Part shown: positions 25,919 to 38,200 of the stretch, in pieces | How positions within the stretch are numbered: position 1 is the stretch's first letter | Layout: each line of letters begins with the position of its first letter | Assembly (NCBI RefSeq): GCF_032191835.1 | Contig: NC_083228.1 | Coordinates: 31,682,001 to 31,746,000 of the forward strand | Direction of reading: 5' to 3' | DNA from: Heteronotia binoei | Taxonomy: Eukaryota | DNA: 64,000 nucleotides | Notes under the pieces: model-generated | Database searches by the model: none | Told to the model about the DNA's origin: nothing | Seen by the model: only the letters and a program-made list of their open reading frames with translations | Translations under genes and position numbers: made by a program

Positions 25919-28900
25919 TCATTTACTCCTTTTCGTGGCTGCTGTTTTTTTGCCTCCTTTTTTGGAGGAATTTCCATATTTTGCTTCCATCTGAGCCAGA
26001 AAGTCATCCATTTCCTTTTTCCGATTCTCATTTCTTTTCTATTAAATGAACAAAAAAAAATGCTGATTAACTTATCTGGTATTTCACTTGCTTCTATTAT
26101 TTATTAAAGGGTAAGACTCAAAACTGGATAATTCAAGAACATATTAGAATACCTGTACAGAAGTAACTACAGAAACCAGGCCACTGGAAGGGTAAGAATT
26201 GTTCCAAGTGAGCTACAGATGAAACCACTATCCTATTTATGGGCTAGCAGACCACTATAGTAGGCTGAAAATAAAAACCCACTGAATCTGCTCAAGGGTC
26301 CATCTGAGTCAGCATATCCTGTTTTCACAAGGCCAGACGACTGTTTCCAGAAACATCAAATGCAAGGCATAAGGGCAACCAACAGTCCTCTCACATTCAC
26401 TTAGTTACCTAAACATGGAGATTCCAATTTGTGCTGTGGACTCAAACTTACCTGAATTAATGCTCTGACATCATCGTCTTTATCAAGACCTAGTTCTTTT
26501 CTGGATTTTTCTGCCTCTTTAGCCTCTTTTTCAGCCTGAAACAGGAACACAGTTGACTGATAAACTTCTGCTTTAATCATCATGCATGGCAAGAACTAAC
26601 CCTGTATTCTGTTTTGCCTAGAAAGAAATCGTGGAAGCTTTGGCTACCTGCCCTTCAAAATACTGGGAGACCTGAGGGAATTTCTGTTGTTTGTTATTTT
26701 GCCTTTTTCATATTAATATCTGAAATTGTAAGCTGCTTATTTTCCTTGGCAGACAGGCAGTACACAAAACCAGCACATAAATAAAAATCCATCAGTATCT
26801 CAACTCTAGAGGGTGCTACATTTGAGAAGAGCTGACACAGGTGAAATATGAAATACGGAACGCTAAGATTAGGATACAGCCAGAAATTTATTCAGTTGAA
26901 AATGGTATACATTTCTTCACTGAACTTTTGTTATTGTCAAACATACCCTCCTTTTTCTTGCATTCATCTTTTGCTTAGACTCTTTTGCAAAGGCTTTGAA
27001 GACTGGAAGTTCTCCCAAATCAATGGCTTGTTGGATAATTGTCCTTATTCTTGGTTCATCTGTATAATCTGCACACAATACTTTATTCATAATTTGGTCC
27101 ATATTGCCCTTACAGTTCTTATATGCCGTCTTAATGTCCTCCATCTCTTCTGTAGAATCATTGTACTGTGTCTTAAAGTCTTCAATATCTTTTAAAGTTA
27201 TCTGATTTTCAACAGAGAAAGACAAGAGGAAAAATGCCTTGAATATAAAAATCCTTAATACCAAACTCAGGCTATATATAAGATTTTCATCACAAGATCA
27301 TTGTTATTTAAACAAGTTTACTTTTGAGATCAACTGCATGAAATTCTACTAATTTCCATGAAGAACAAAGAACCTGGTCCTTACATAAAGTCAGGCAGAG
27401 GAGGAAGGAACAAGGCTTGCATGTTACTTCCATCTCTTCCTATGCAGATACAGGAAATGTGAAACACGTTTCATTAAGTAACAACAAATATATCAAAGAA
27501 ACTTTTTTAACTGAGAAAAGACAAGTGTAGGACTTGTGTATTACAGATGCACACAGTAGACAATCATCTTACAGCTTTAGCTGCTGCATCACTCAGCTAC
27601 AAACAAATGGGGGGAGGGGGGTTTTTACCCTCCCATTGAAGAAAATGCTCCCCCCCCGACCTGTAAAGCCATGGTTCTTGATTGAATGTTTTGAAGCAGG
27701 TCCCACTTGTAAATTGACTCCATGCTCATTTCCTCATCCAGTGTAACACAACAATCTCATTAGCACTGACCAAGTTTGTATTATATGTTTCATATTTAAA
27801 ATTCATCAATACACAGCATTGCTGAATAACAAGCCATACTGGCCATTTTGCATATTATGTGCATGGAAGCCAAAATTTGCCATCCAGCCTCATGGTGTTC
27901 CTCCTCCTCCCACCTGGTCTCACAACCCACCTGTTGCAAGAGAGTCACTCACAACCCACTTTTGGGTCCCCACCAACAATCTGAGAACTACTGCTCCAGG
28001 GTGATTTTACCCCTCCACAGAAAAAGCCCCCTACAGCTTCACCAGCCTGAGGAAGATGCCTACTTCTTTGAAGATCAGCTTCCAGTACTCTTCCCAATTG
28101 CGGTCCTGGTTCAGCACAGTCGACTCCTCGTCTACAATGCCCTGCTGGTCATACAGAGTTCGCTGCTCTTGGTCACTCAGCAGTGCATACACCTTGCCCA
28201 AGATCTGAGGAGATAAAACAAGCCATCTCAGCAATCCAATAAGGAAAAGCAACCTGTTCCTCAGGCCTGATCTAGACATACAGCAGAATGAAATGGTACA
28301 ACAAGGTGGCAGAATCGTAATGCATCTGTTCAGGCTGCAGGTCTGATATTACTAATTCTCTAAAACTTAGAAAAGAGCACAACTGTGAAGTGCTAGTCAG
28401 AATTTTTCATTAGGAAATGTTATTTTTTTAATTTGCAGGGAATTTTTACATGAGGGGAGCATTAACATTGGGGAACCAGGTGGACTGATTTTAAACAAAG
28501 TGATTGAGACTAGATTTTATTTATTTACTTAATTTATACCCCACTTTTCTCCCTAATGGAGACCCAAAGCGACTTATGACATTCTCCTCCATTTTAGTCT
28601 ACAACAACCACCACATGAGGTAGGTTACAGTGAGTGTGTGTGACAGGCTCCAGGTCAACCAGCAAGCCTCAATGACAGAGTGGATTCAAATCTGGGTCTC
28701 CCAAATCCTAGTTCAGCACTCTAACTGATACTTAAATGAATTTCTTAAAACAATAAAGCTTAGTTACAGAATAACTATTAAAAGTACTAATTTACAACTA
28801 AACAGAACATTAACACATTCTAGTGGCATAAACTTTGTTTTTGTATTTAACCAACATTTACTAATTTTAGAAAATACTATATAGTATATTGTTTATATGT

Positions 28901-31900
28901 TTGCTCATTATACAGGTCAAATTGCACTGCAGTAGAAAAATCACACATCACATTTTGCTTCACTTCAGCATCTTCTCTATCATTGTATCTCTCTTACACC
29001 ATCCATGATCCGAGAAATATAAACAGGTGAATGTTCTGGCTTATTATAGCCCTTGTATCACTGTTTATATATAGCACAAACACTGCAGTCTTATGCAGAA
29101 CTACTGCAGTCTTGAGCAATTCTGCATGGGAATGCATTGAAAGGCTAGACCAGTCTAAAAAGACCTCTCAGTAAATGGGCAGATGAGTAAAGAAATCTCT
29201 ATTCATACATTTGAGAATTTGGTAGTAAACAGCACAATCTTGTGCAGTCTTACTCTCACATGGACTCAAGGAAGAATACATATACGGAGTTAGTGCAATC
29301 AACAAAATTGAACATTCAATAATGAATACATTAGGACAGTGTTTCCCATTTGCAGGGTCGTCACTCAGTACCAGGCCACGGAAGTCTCACTACCGGGTCA
29401 CAAGAAAAGCCAAAGCTAGCCCTGCCCCCAGCAAAGCTAGCCCCACCCTGTCTCTGTGTTGGGCAGAGAGGAGCTGGGCTGCCTCTCCTTCCATCTCCCC
29501 CACTCCCTGTGTTTGAGAGAAAAGCTGGCATCCACTGGCACTTTGGACCCATGAAATGTTCTTCAAGGTATGAGCTTTCTTGTTCCTTGCAGTATGTTCT
29601 TTTGGGGAGATTTCCCTGGGAGGCCTAGGCGACAAAGAGTGTGTGTGTTTTTTTCATTCACTGGGAGGTCTGGGCAGCAAAGAAGGGTGTGTGTATATTT
29701 TTTCAGCTGGGACGGGCGGGGAGTGGGCATTCCAGTAGCTATTTTTTTTACGAAACGACCCCTGGGCAGAATTGTTGCTGGCTGGGGTCATCTGATGGTG
29801 AGGAAGGCTTTTTTCCTCTTTGCCCCCCCTTTCTTTCTTTCCATGCAAGTGATGCTCTATCTGTATTCTTGGTGCTGGGAAGGGGGGGGGGGAGCAACAG
29901 TGGGAGGGCTTCTAGTGCCCTGGCCCCACTGGTGGATATTCTAGTACTTTTTGGGCATTGTATGAGGGAATTTTGGACTGGATAGCCCACTGGCCTGATC
30001 CAATATGGCTCATCTTATGTTTATGTTCTATCTTTCCATGTCTTTTCCTTTCCTTCCATTTCATTCTTTCCCTTTATTTCCTTCCATGTTTACTGGATGA
30101 AACTTTTCTGTTCATCATACTGTTGTTGCAGATATAGGAGCTCTGCCAATGAAAAGTTAGCACCCCCAGTTGCAGCCAGCTGGCCTTCTATGAGATTTCT
30201 GTGTGAGTGAGAGTGAGAGGCGTGGGGCAGAAAGATTATTGGAGACTACTGTGGTATACCTCAACAGCACTGGAAGTGATGGTACTATGAACTTGGCACC
30301 ATTTTACAGGTCCTGCTTTTAACAGCTGTCTGACACCAAAATTAAACTCCTCCTGTAGATATTAAAAAGGATGAAAGAAGTTCACTGGCTAAGTATCTGC
30401 ACAACAGGTTGCTTTTAAAGGCATGGGAAACAAAGCCAGTAAAAAGCTGCAAGCCCCTCATAAATATCCTTCTTGGGATAACTGCAGAAAAGCTTGCATG
30501 AACTTTATATAACTTGAAATTAATTCATTATTTGCAGTACAATTCTCTGCTACCTTTCACAACAATTTTCCAGTGTTTCAACCAAAGAAAAGTATGAAAA
30601 ATAGCTGTCGAAAGATTTTCTTGAAACCAAACAAGCTTGGTTGTCGCTTGAGGCAGGGTTCCAGTAGTAGCAGCTGAAGGAAGGGCTTACTAAATGTGTC
30701 AGCATATTTTGAGGTAGAGCAGCTGCCAGGGCCCAGTGTGGGTGGTACACAGTGCTGGCATTCCTGGTGGCAATGGCAACAGCACTCCCAACTGCATACA
30801 CTGGCCAGTGCTGTTGAGGAAGGGATGTGTAGGTGGTGCAGGCAATTGAAGATGGGCATTAGGAATGCTTGCAAGCTGGAGAAGAACACACAAGCAGATA
30901 GGTGCATGCAGGTGTGAGGGTGGAAAGAGAGGACTGCCTACTTTCCACCCCCATTTTGGCTAAGCATGAGTTTCAGAGAGATTTTTCAGAAAATGAATTT
31001 ACTTCAGAAGAAGAGGCAGGTTTGGAGGAGTGCCATGGAAGTGACATCACAGGAAAAGGTGGAGTTTTGGTTCAGTGTGCCCCGGAACTGACATCACTTG
31101 GCCACTGACACCACAGGAAATGACATAATTCCTGTCTCCTGGTTCTACCTCCAAAGTCTCCTGGCTCCATCCCCAAATTTTAGTGGGCCATGAAGGAGAA
31201 TTGTAAAAATAACCGGGCTACGGAAAAGAAACGTTTGGGAAACCCTGCATTAGGATATCAGAAGGCTGGAACCACCAGAAAGAAGCAGAAGCATAAATAT
31301 TATAACATTAAGCAGTACAGAAATTACATAACAGGATCCTACTTACAATACACTATGTATAGCAGTAAACACCACAAGTTCCAGTTATTTATCCAAGTAC
31401 GTTTGTGAAACCATTTTATACTATGCAGTCTTATCACCTGTGCAGAAAAGCCCTCTTGAATAATTCAGTTTTGTACAGTTTGTAGAAGGCCAGGAGAGTG
31501 GGAATTTTCCTGACTATGCTGGGCAGGCCATTCCACAAGGTGTGAGCCACAATGGAGAAAGCATGTGTATGGACAGCTGCTGATCCTGCCTATTTGCAGG
31601 TTGACATCAATGTTCCCCCTAATTTCCCGCCCCCCCCCCCCCACTGAGCAGAGCAGTTCACATCCTAAGTAAAATATAACTGCTGTAAGAGCCCCGCGGT
31701 GGAGTGTTAAAGCTGCAGTACTGCAGTCCTAAACTCTGCTTACGGACCTGAATTCAATCCCTAGCGGTAGTTGGGTTTTCAGGTAGCCGGTTGACTCAGC
31801 CTTCCATCCTTTCAAGGTCGGTAAAATGAGTACCCAACTTGCTGGGAGGAAAGTGTAGATGACTGGGGAAGGCAATGGCAAACCACCCCGTAAAAAGTCT

Positions 31901-33381
31901 GCTGTGAAAATGTTGTGAAAGCAACGTCACCCCAGAGTTGGAAACGACTGGTGCATGCACAGGGGACTACCTTTACCTTTAATCTTAGAATGGGCAGTGC
32001 AAGACTCTACATGGCTCCAGAATGTGGTTGAGAGGGCTTCCTATGTTAATGCTCATACACAATTTAAAGGGAACACTGGTTGGCACCTACAAACCCCGCT
32101 GCTGACATGAACAGAGTTGTCATGGCAGAGCATAGAGAGGTGATCCCATAAATAAGAGAGGCCAAGATCATGAAGGGCTTTATCAGTGATAGACAATACA
32201 TTAAACTGAACTTGGTAACGAATGGGCAAATATGCACGCTCCGTCTAGCTCCCACTAATAGTCGAGCCATGTCATTCTAACCAGTGTTCCCTCTAAGCTG
32301 AGTTAGCGTGAGCTAGCTCACAGATTTTTAGCCTCCAGCTTACACATTTTTATCTTAGCTCAGGAAGAATGACCCCAGAGCACAATAATTTATGCAGTAG
32401 CTCATAACTTTAATACCAGTAGTTCACAAAGTAGAATTTTTGCTCACAAGACTGCAGCTTAGAAGGACCATTGATTCTAATCCAGTTGAGAGATTCTGAG
32501 TTAATTCTGAAGGAAGACCAACATACAGTGCATTACAGCAGCCTAGTCCCAATGTTTTGTGCTATGGGGGCCAGTTCAGATGTATCAAAGTATGGGGTCA
32601 TTTTACGAGCTAGGCTGAGTTGGAAGATGTGCAGTTCCATTGACTTGCTTCTCCAGTAGTAAAGCTGGGTCCAGTACAATCCCCAAAGTTTTTTGACTGA
32701 GTCAGCCAGGGTCACTTGCACTCCATGAAAAGTGGGGAAAACAAGTCCTTCAGGGCCTCCATCTTCCCAACCAGCACCTCTTTGTCTTTTCTGGACAGCC
32801 AGTTTGGTGTAGTGGTTAAGTGCGTGGACTCTTATCTGGGAGAACCGGGTTTGATTCCCCACTCCTCCACCTGCACCTGCTGGAATGGCCTTGGGTCAGC
32901 CATAGCTCTGGCAGAGGTTGTCCTTGAAAGGGCAGCTTCTGGGAGAGTTCTCTCAGCCCCACCCACCTCACAGGGTATCTGTTGTAGGGGGAGAAAATAT
33001 AGGAGAGTGTGAGCCGCTCTGAGTCTCTGATTCAGACAGAAGGGCGGGATATAAAGCTGCAGTCGTCGTCTTCTTAACACCGATGAATTCAGCAAAGCGT
33101 TGAACTCTGCACAGGTGCAAGGGAAGGGGAGGAGGAAGATGCTGCCCAGCCCACTCCACTCCCTCCCACGCGAGCCGGGCGCCTCCCCTCCGTTCTCTTA
33201 CCTGGAAGCGGCGGGTGGCTTCCTCCTTGTCCGCCAAGTCCGCGCGGTCCGGGTGCACCCGCAGGGAGGCCTTGTGGTAGCCGCGGCGAATCTCCTCTGC
33301 CGAAGCGCTGCTAGGCACACCCAGCACTTGGTACAGGTCGCCGGCGGCAAAGGTCTCGCGGCACTCCTCCAGCAGCCCCAT
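25919..33381 (-). CDS. DNAJC9: DnaJ homolog subfamily C member 9 (histone H3-H4 co-chaperone), complement join(33202-33381,28064-28204,26947-27201,26452-26535,25919-26038); 259 aa
   Basis: J-domain [22 protein letters not shown]…[13 protein letters not shown] (HPD motif)…[17 protein letters not shown]; later [27 protein letters not shown] and [13 protein letters not shown]. Five phase-0 GT-AG exons. Confidence 0.97.
28517..28730 (-). mobile_element. Older Squam3/MIR-like SINE
   Basis: Diverged ATTTATACCCCAC…ACAACAACC…GAGGTAGGTT…TCAAATCTGGGTCTCC pattern. Confidence 0.6.
31687..31980 (+). mobile_element. Sauria SINE
   Basis: Full copy ending GGGGACTACCTTTACCTTT. Confidence 0.9.
32040..32790 (-). 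mobile_element. Degraded L2 fragment split by a MITE
   Basis: Decayed RLDYCN-like motif near 32530-32546 and L2-like 3' sequence on both sides of the MITE. Confidence 0.55.
32282..32473. mobile_element. hAT-type MITE inserted in an L2 remnant
   Basis: TIR CAGTGTTCCCTCTAAGCTG / CAGCTTAGAAGGACCATTG; TSD ATTCTAAC/ATTCTAAT. Confidence 0.85.
32796..33075 (+). mobile_element. Squam3B-like tRNA-derived SINE
   Basis: Head CAGTTTGGTGTAGTGGTTAAG…GGTTTGATTCCC with A/B boxes; body CAGCCCCACCCACCTCACAGGG; (GTC/CTT)n tail. Family name is from recall. Confidence 0.8.
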
Positions 33382-33480
33382 CGCCCAGCCGCCCTGCCTC
33401 GCCTCAGCCGCCCGCCGCTTTTCCCGCCAGCCACGCCTCCGCCTGCTTTACGGCCCCGCGCCTGGAAATGTCGCAATAGG
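33100..33480 (-). promoter_or_regulatory. DNAJC9 CpG island with an E2F-type site
   Basis: CpG-rich region over exon 1; TTTCCCGC (E2F consensus TTTSSCGC) at 33420-33427, about 40 bp upstream of the ATG. Confidence 0.65.
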
Positions 33481-33768
33481 GACAAAGAAGAATGGGAGGG
33501 GAGACTCACCATAGAGATGGGAAAGGCTAGAGTGGCACGCAGCTTGCAAATCCCTGTTACAAACCCCAGAGACAGTGGCAAAGAGCAAGAGTCGTGCCTC
33601 AGGAAAGCTCATCTCCTGCCACAGAATTTTTTAAAGATGCCGTTGGACTCTTGCTCTTTTCTGCTGCTGCAGACAGGCTAAGGCTTAATCAAAGAATGAG
33701 AAAAAACGTCAGAATCCTAGATGGGTGGGGTTGCCTGGTAGACTGGGGTATCTGGACAGTGGCAAAAA

Positions 33769-34279
33769 TAGGGTTGCCAGGTCTGACTCAAAAAATACCT
33801 GGGGACTTTGGTGGAGCCAGGGGACTTTGGGGGGGGGGTGGAGCCAGGGGACTTTGGGGGGGGGGTGGAGCCAGGAGCAAGGGTGTGACAAGCACGATTG
33901 AACTCCAAAGGGTGTTCTAGCTATCACATTTAAAGGGACCACACACCTTTTAAATGCCTTCCCTCCACTTGGAAATAATGAGGGATAGGGGCACCTTCTT
34001 TTGGGGATCATAGAATTGGACCCCCTGGTGGGTGCTTCAAAGAGATGGCCCAGATGCTGTGCTGAAAATGTGATGCCTCCACCTCAAAAACAGCCCCTTC
34101 CTGACCCCCAGATACCCATGGATTGATTCTCCATTATACTCTATGGAAACCAGTATCCATAGGGAATAATGGAGTGCCCTGCAGACATTTCCCTTCCCCC
34201 CCCCCAGCTTTCTGATAACCCTGAGGAGGGCCTCCAAACCTGGGGAGCCCCTTCCCCCAACTGGGGATTGGCAACCCTA
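33769..34279. mobile_element. hAT-type MITE (same family as 37517-38052) upstream of DNAJC9
   Basis: TAGGGTTGCC…GGCAACCCTA termini; internal sequence matches the other copies; carries three tandem GGGACTTTGG(G)nTGGAGCCAG units. Confidence 0.88.
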
Positions 34280-34658
34280 GTGCAAAGTGTTGTTTTAGAG
34301 AAGAGATGCTCAGCACTCTTCCACACAAAACCCCTTCTCTCTGTGGGACCACGCATTTTGGAAGGCAGCGGACTGCTTAGCTAGCAGTCCAGTGCATCAA
34401 GAGTGGACAGTTCATTTGACACCAAAGAAGGTCATGCTGCGGGGTGCGAGGGATCACCCGCTCAATTTGTATTTCTTTTATTGTATTTATTTGATTTCAG
34501 TGGGCTACAGAGGCTGCGATTCAAAGTGTGCTTACTTGGAAGGAAAGCCCTTCCCCCCAAACCAAAAAACAGGAGCTTTGAGTGATGTAGCTCCAGCAGA
34601 AGTGGCCCTAGAGACTGCTTCTTCAAATGCGAAGCAGTGACTCACTAGGTAGATAGAG

Positions 34659-34838
34659 CCACCTGTGGTGTAGTAGTCTGAATGCTGGTCTAGAATGTCC
34701 ACTTGTGGGCTGGCTTTAGGCCACTCTCTCAGCCAAACCTACCTCACAGGGCTGTTTTGAGGACACAATGGAAAAGGGTGGACCCAGGTGTCCCACCATA
34801 AACTCCTTGGAAGAAGGACAGGATAAAAATGAATTAAA
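34659..34838 (+). mobile_element. Older Squam3-like SINE, internally deleted
   Basis: GGTGTAGTAG head; CTCTCAGCCAAACCTACCTCACAGGGCTGTT body. Confidence 0.6.
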
Positions 34839-35224
34839 TATGTAGATACTGTGGAAAGAAATGATACATATGGGGCCAAGGGGCTATGAAATGAAGGGAG
34901 TATAACATAAAAGGTAATTATGTACAATCAGGGAAAATATAGACCAGTCGTTATTGATGCTAAGCTAGTTCATACCTGTAATAGGTGGAGAATCTTAGGT
35001 TTTCATAAAATAGTCACCATTTTAGTGAGATAAGAATCCTAATCTAAAGTTCAGGTGGGGGTGGGGGAGAGATATGGTGATGCTTTGAATAAACTCCTCT
35101 TCGGGCATTTCACACTTGAGCCTTCTTTTTAAATGACCACCAAACTCAATTGACCCAGTAGTGTAAGACTGAAATCAAATAAAGTTGCAACTAAATAGCC
35201 CTGTGTGAATAGCAATGCTATGCT

Positions 35225-38200
35225 TTTTTAATGTAAAACAATTTTTATTTTTGCAACATATTGAAAAATATACTTCTAACATAACCCAAATATAATCACC
35301 AATATATTACAAATTTTCCTCCCCATCCTCGCCTCTAATTCATGACCTCCGCTGGTACTTAAAATATATAAAAAACATTCTAAAGATAAAATTCATAATT
35401 ATAGAATCTTCACTAAAAATTACCATTATTTTAACTCTAAAAAAAGTTATGCTTTATCCTCTACTTAATACTTATTTATCTAGCTTACAAATTAAATCAC
35501 AATATCAATCATCACAGTTCTTCTCTTCTCTTTAAAAGTTCAGTTATTGTTATCAAAAACCACTAAACGTTTCTTCACTTTCCATTGTTTCTCCACATAT
35601 TTTTGAAACTTCTCCCAGTCTTCTTTAAATTTCTCCAAATTACAGTCTTTTAAGATTCTAGTAAGTTTGTCCATTTCACTCCAGTTTAGTACTTTTAAGA
35701 CCCAGTCCCATTTTTCTGGTATTTTGTTTTGTTTCCACAATTGCGCGTACAATGTCCTCGCAGATGAAAGCAAATACCACAACAATGCCTGTCTTGCTTC
35801 AGAAAGCTTTCCATTTGTAATCCCACCAGAAAGACATCTGGTGCTTTCTTAATATTATATCCCAAGATTTTCGAAATCTCTTGCTGAATCATAAGCCAAA
35901 ATTGTTTTGCCTTTTCGCAAGTCCACCACATATGGTAGAACGAACCTTTCCAACACCTATCAGAAGCTTAATTGTTCATTTTTGCTAATTTTTTAGGTGT
36001 CATATACCACCTATACAGCATTTTAAAACAGTTCTCTTTTATATTATAGCATGTCACTATTCTCATAGAGTTCTTCGATAGGTGTTCCCACGTCTCCATT
36101 TGTATTTCCTTGTTAAAATTTATTGCCCATTTAACCATTTGAGGTTTCACCACCTCCTGTTCTGTAGACCATTTCAATAACAGTTGTCCTTGAAATCAAT
36201 TTTTAATTTTCACCCAACAGCATTTTTTCCATTTCTGTATGATTATGCCTTATACCAGTATTTCTAATATCGTTCTCTACCAAGCTTTTAATTTGTTGCA
36301 GTTGAAACCAATTAAACTTATTTTGCAACTCGTCGGCCAATTTCAATTCTACTTTGCCTCCATGAATCTTTACCAGTTGTTTGTATGATACATATTTTTC
36401 TTCTTGTATATTTGTAGACAACTTTATAACTTCTGTTGGCACAATCCAAAGTGGTTTTCTCTCATCACCATATTTACTATATTTTTTCCAAGTATTCAAC
36501 AAGTTTCTTCTTATGTAATGATGAGAGAAAAAACCATCCATCTTTTCCTTCTCATAATACATATAAACATGCCAACCAAAAATGTTCCCATGGTCTTCTA
36601 ATGCCAATAATTTTCTGTTAAGTAAAGTTATCCATTCCTTAATCCATACCAAACAAACTGCATCATGGTATAACCTTAAATCAGGTAATTGGAAGCCACC
36701 TCTCTCTCTCGCATCTGTCAGAATTTTCATTTTAATTCTTGTTTTTTTGCCCACCCATACAAATTCTGAAATCTTTCTTTGCCAAAGATTAAATTGCTTC
36801 TTATCTTTCACTATTGGGAAAGTTTGAAAAAAACCCATAATTCTTGGTAGAACATTCACTTTAACTGCAGATATTCTTCCCAGCGTAGATAGATTCAATT
36901 TATTCCACTTTCTCATATCCTCTTCAATTTTATGCCAGAGCTTTTCGTAATTGTTCTTATATAAATCAGTATTTCTCATCGTAATCTCCACACCTAAATA
37001 TTTAACTTTTGAGGTGACTTCACATCCAGTAGCATTTTGTAGCTCTTTCTGTTTGCTTGGTGACAGATTCTTACTAAGGATTTTCTATTTTTCTTTGCTT
37101 ATATAAAAACCCGCCAGTTATTCAGTAGTGAAATTGGTGTATAATTTTTAACATCCGTGACATCTCTTTCAGTATCAATGAAATTACTGCTTCTTTCCAT
37201 GTACTTGGCACCATCCCATCTTGTCTAATACTATTCATCAGTTTTTGAAGTTTAGGTACTAGTACTTCTGCCAGAACTTTATAAAATTTTGCTGAGAAGC
37301 CGTTGGGACCCGGAGCTTTTCCTAGTTTCATTGAACAAATTGCTGCTTCTATTTCTACTTTTTCAGTTGGTTCATTCAAGATTTTTTCCATGTTTTCTTT
37401 TAGGGGTTTCACTTTTATTCTTTGCAGATAAGCTTCTATTTTTTCTTTATTTACTTGTTGACCTTTAAATAATTTGGCGTAAAATTTGTAAAACTCCCTT
37501 TTAATTCCAGCTTGATTAGGGTTGCCAATCCCCAGGTGGGGGCAGGGGATCCCCCGGTTTGGAGGCCCTCCCCCCGCTTCAGGGTTGTCAGAAAGCCGGG
37601 GGGGGAGGGGAGGGAAATGTCGGCTGGGAACTCTATTATTCCCTATGGAGATTTATTCCCATAGAAAATCATAGAGAATTGAGCCACAGGTATCTGGGGC
37701 TCTGGGGGGGGGGGTTGTTTTTTGAGGTAGAGGCACCAAATTTTCAGTACAGCATCTAGAGCCTCTTCCCAAAATATCCCCCAAGTTTTAAAACGATTGG
37801 ACCACGGGGTCCAATTCTATGAGCCCCCCAAAAAGGTGCCCCTATCCTTCATTATTTCCTATGGAAGGAAGGCATTGAAAAGGTGTGCCTTCCCTTTAAA
37901 TGTGATGGCCAGAACTCCCTTTGGAGTTCAATTATGCTTGTCACAGCCTTGATCTTGGCTCCACCCCAATGTCTGCTGGCTCCACCCCCAAAGTCTCCTG
38001 GCTCCATCCCCAAAGTCCCCAGATATTTCTTAAATTGGACTTGGCAACCCTAGGCTTGATCCACAATTTCTTTACCCTCCGAAAAAATTCTATTTATGAA
38101 TTTTTTCTCCCTTTTTCCTTCAGTTGCCAAGCCAAGTATTTTCCCGGCTTATTAGCACTTTCAAATGACTTCTGCTGTAGCCTTTTTAAATTCCACTCTA

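Noticed and set aside
29322-29990. Cluster of overlapping ORFs in DNAJC9 intron 1
   Set aside because: Low-complexity, repeat-like sequence ending in a CR1-type tail, with no coding signature. I could not assign a family.
32968-33681. Long overlapping ORFs (193 aa +, 127 aa -, and the 137 aa read-through of DNAJC9 exon 1)
   Set aside because: By-products of the GC-rich DNAJC9 exon 1 and CpG island. The 193-aa ORF starts at TTG and has no recognisable domain.
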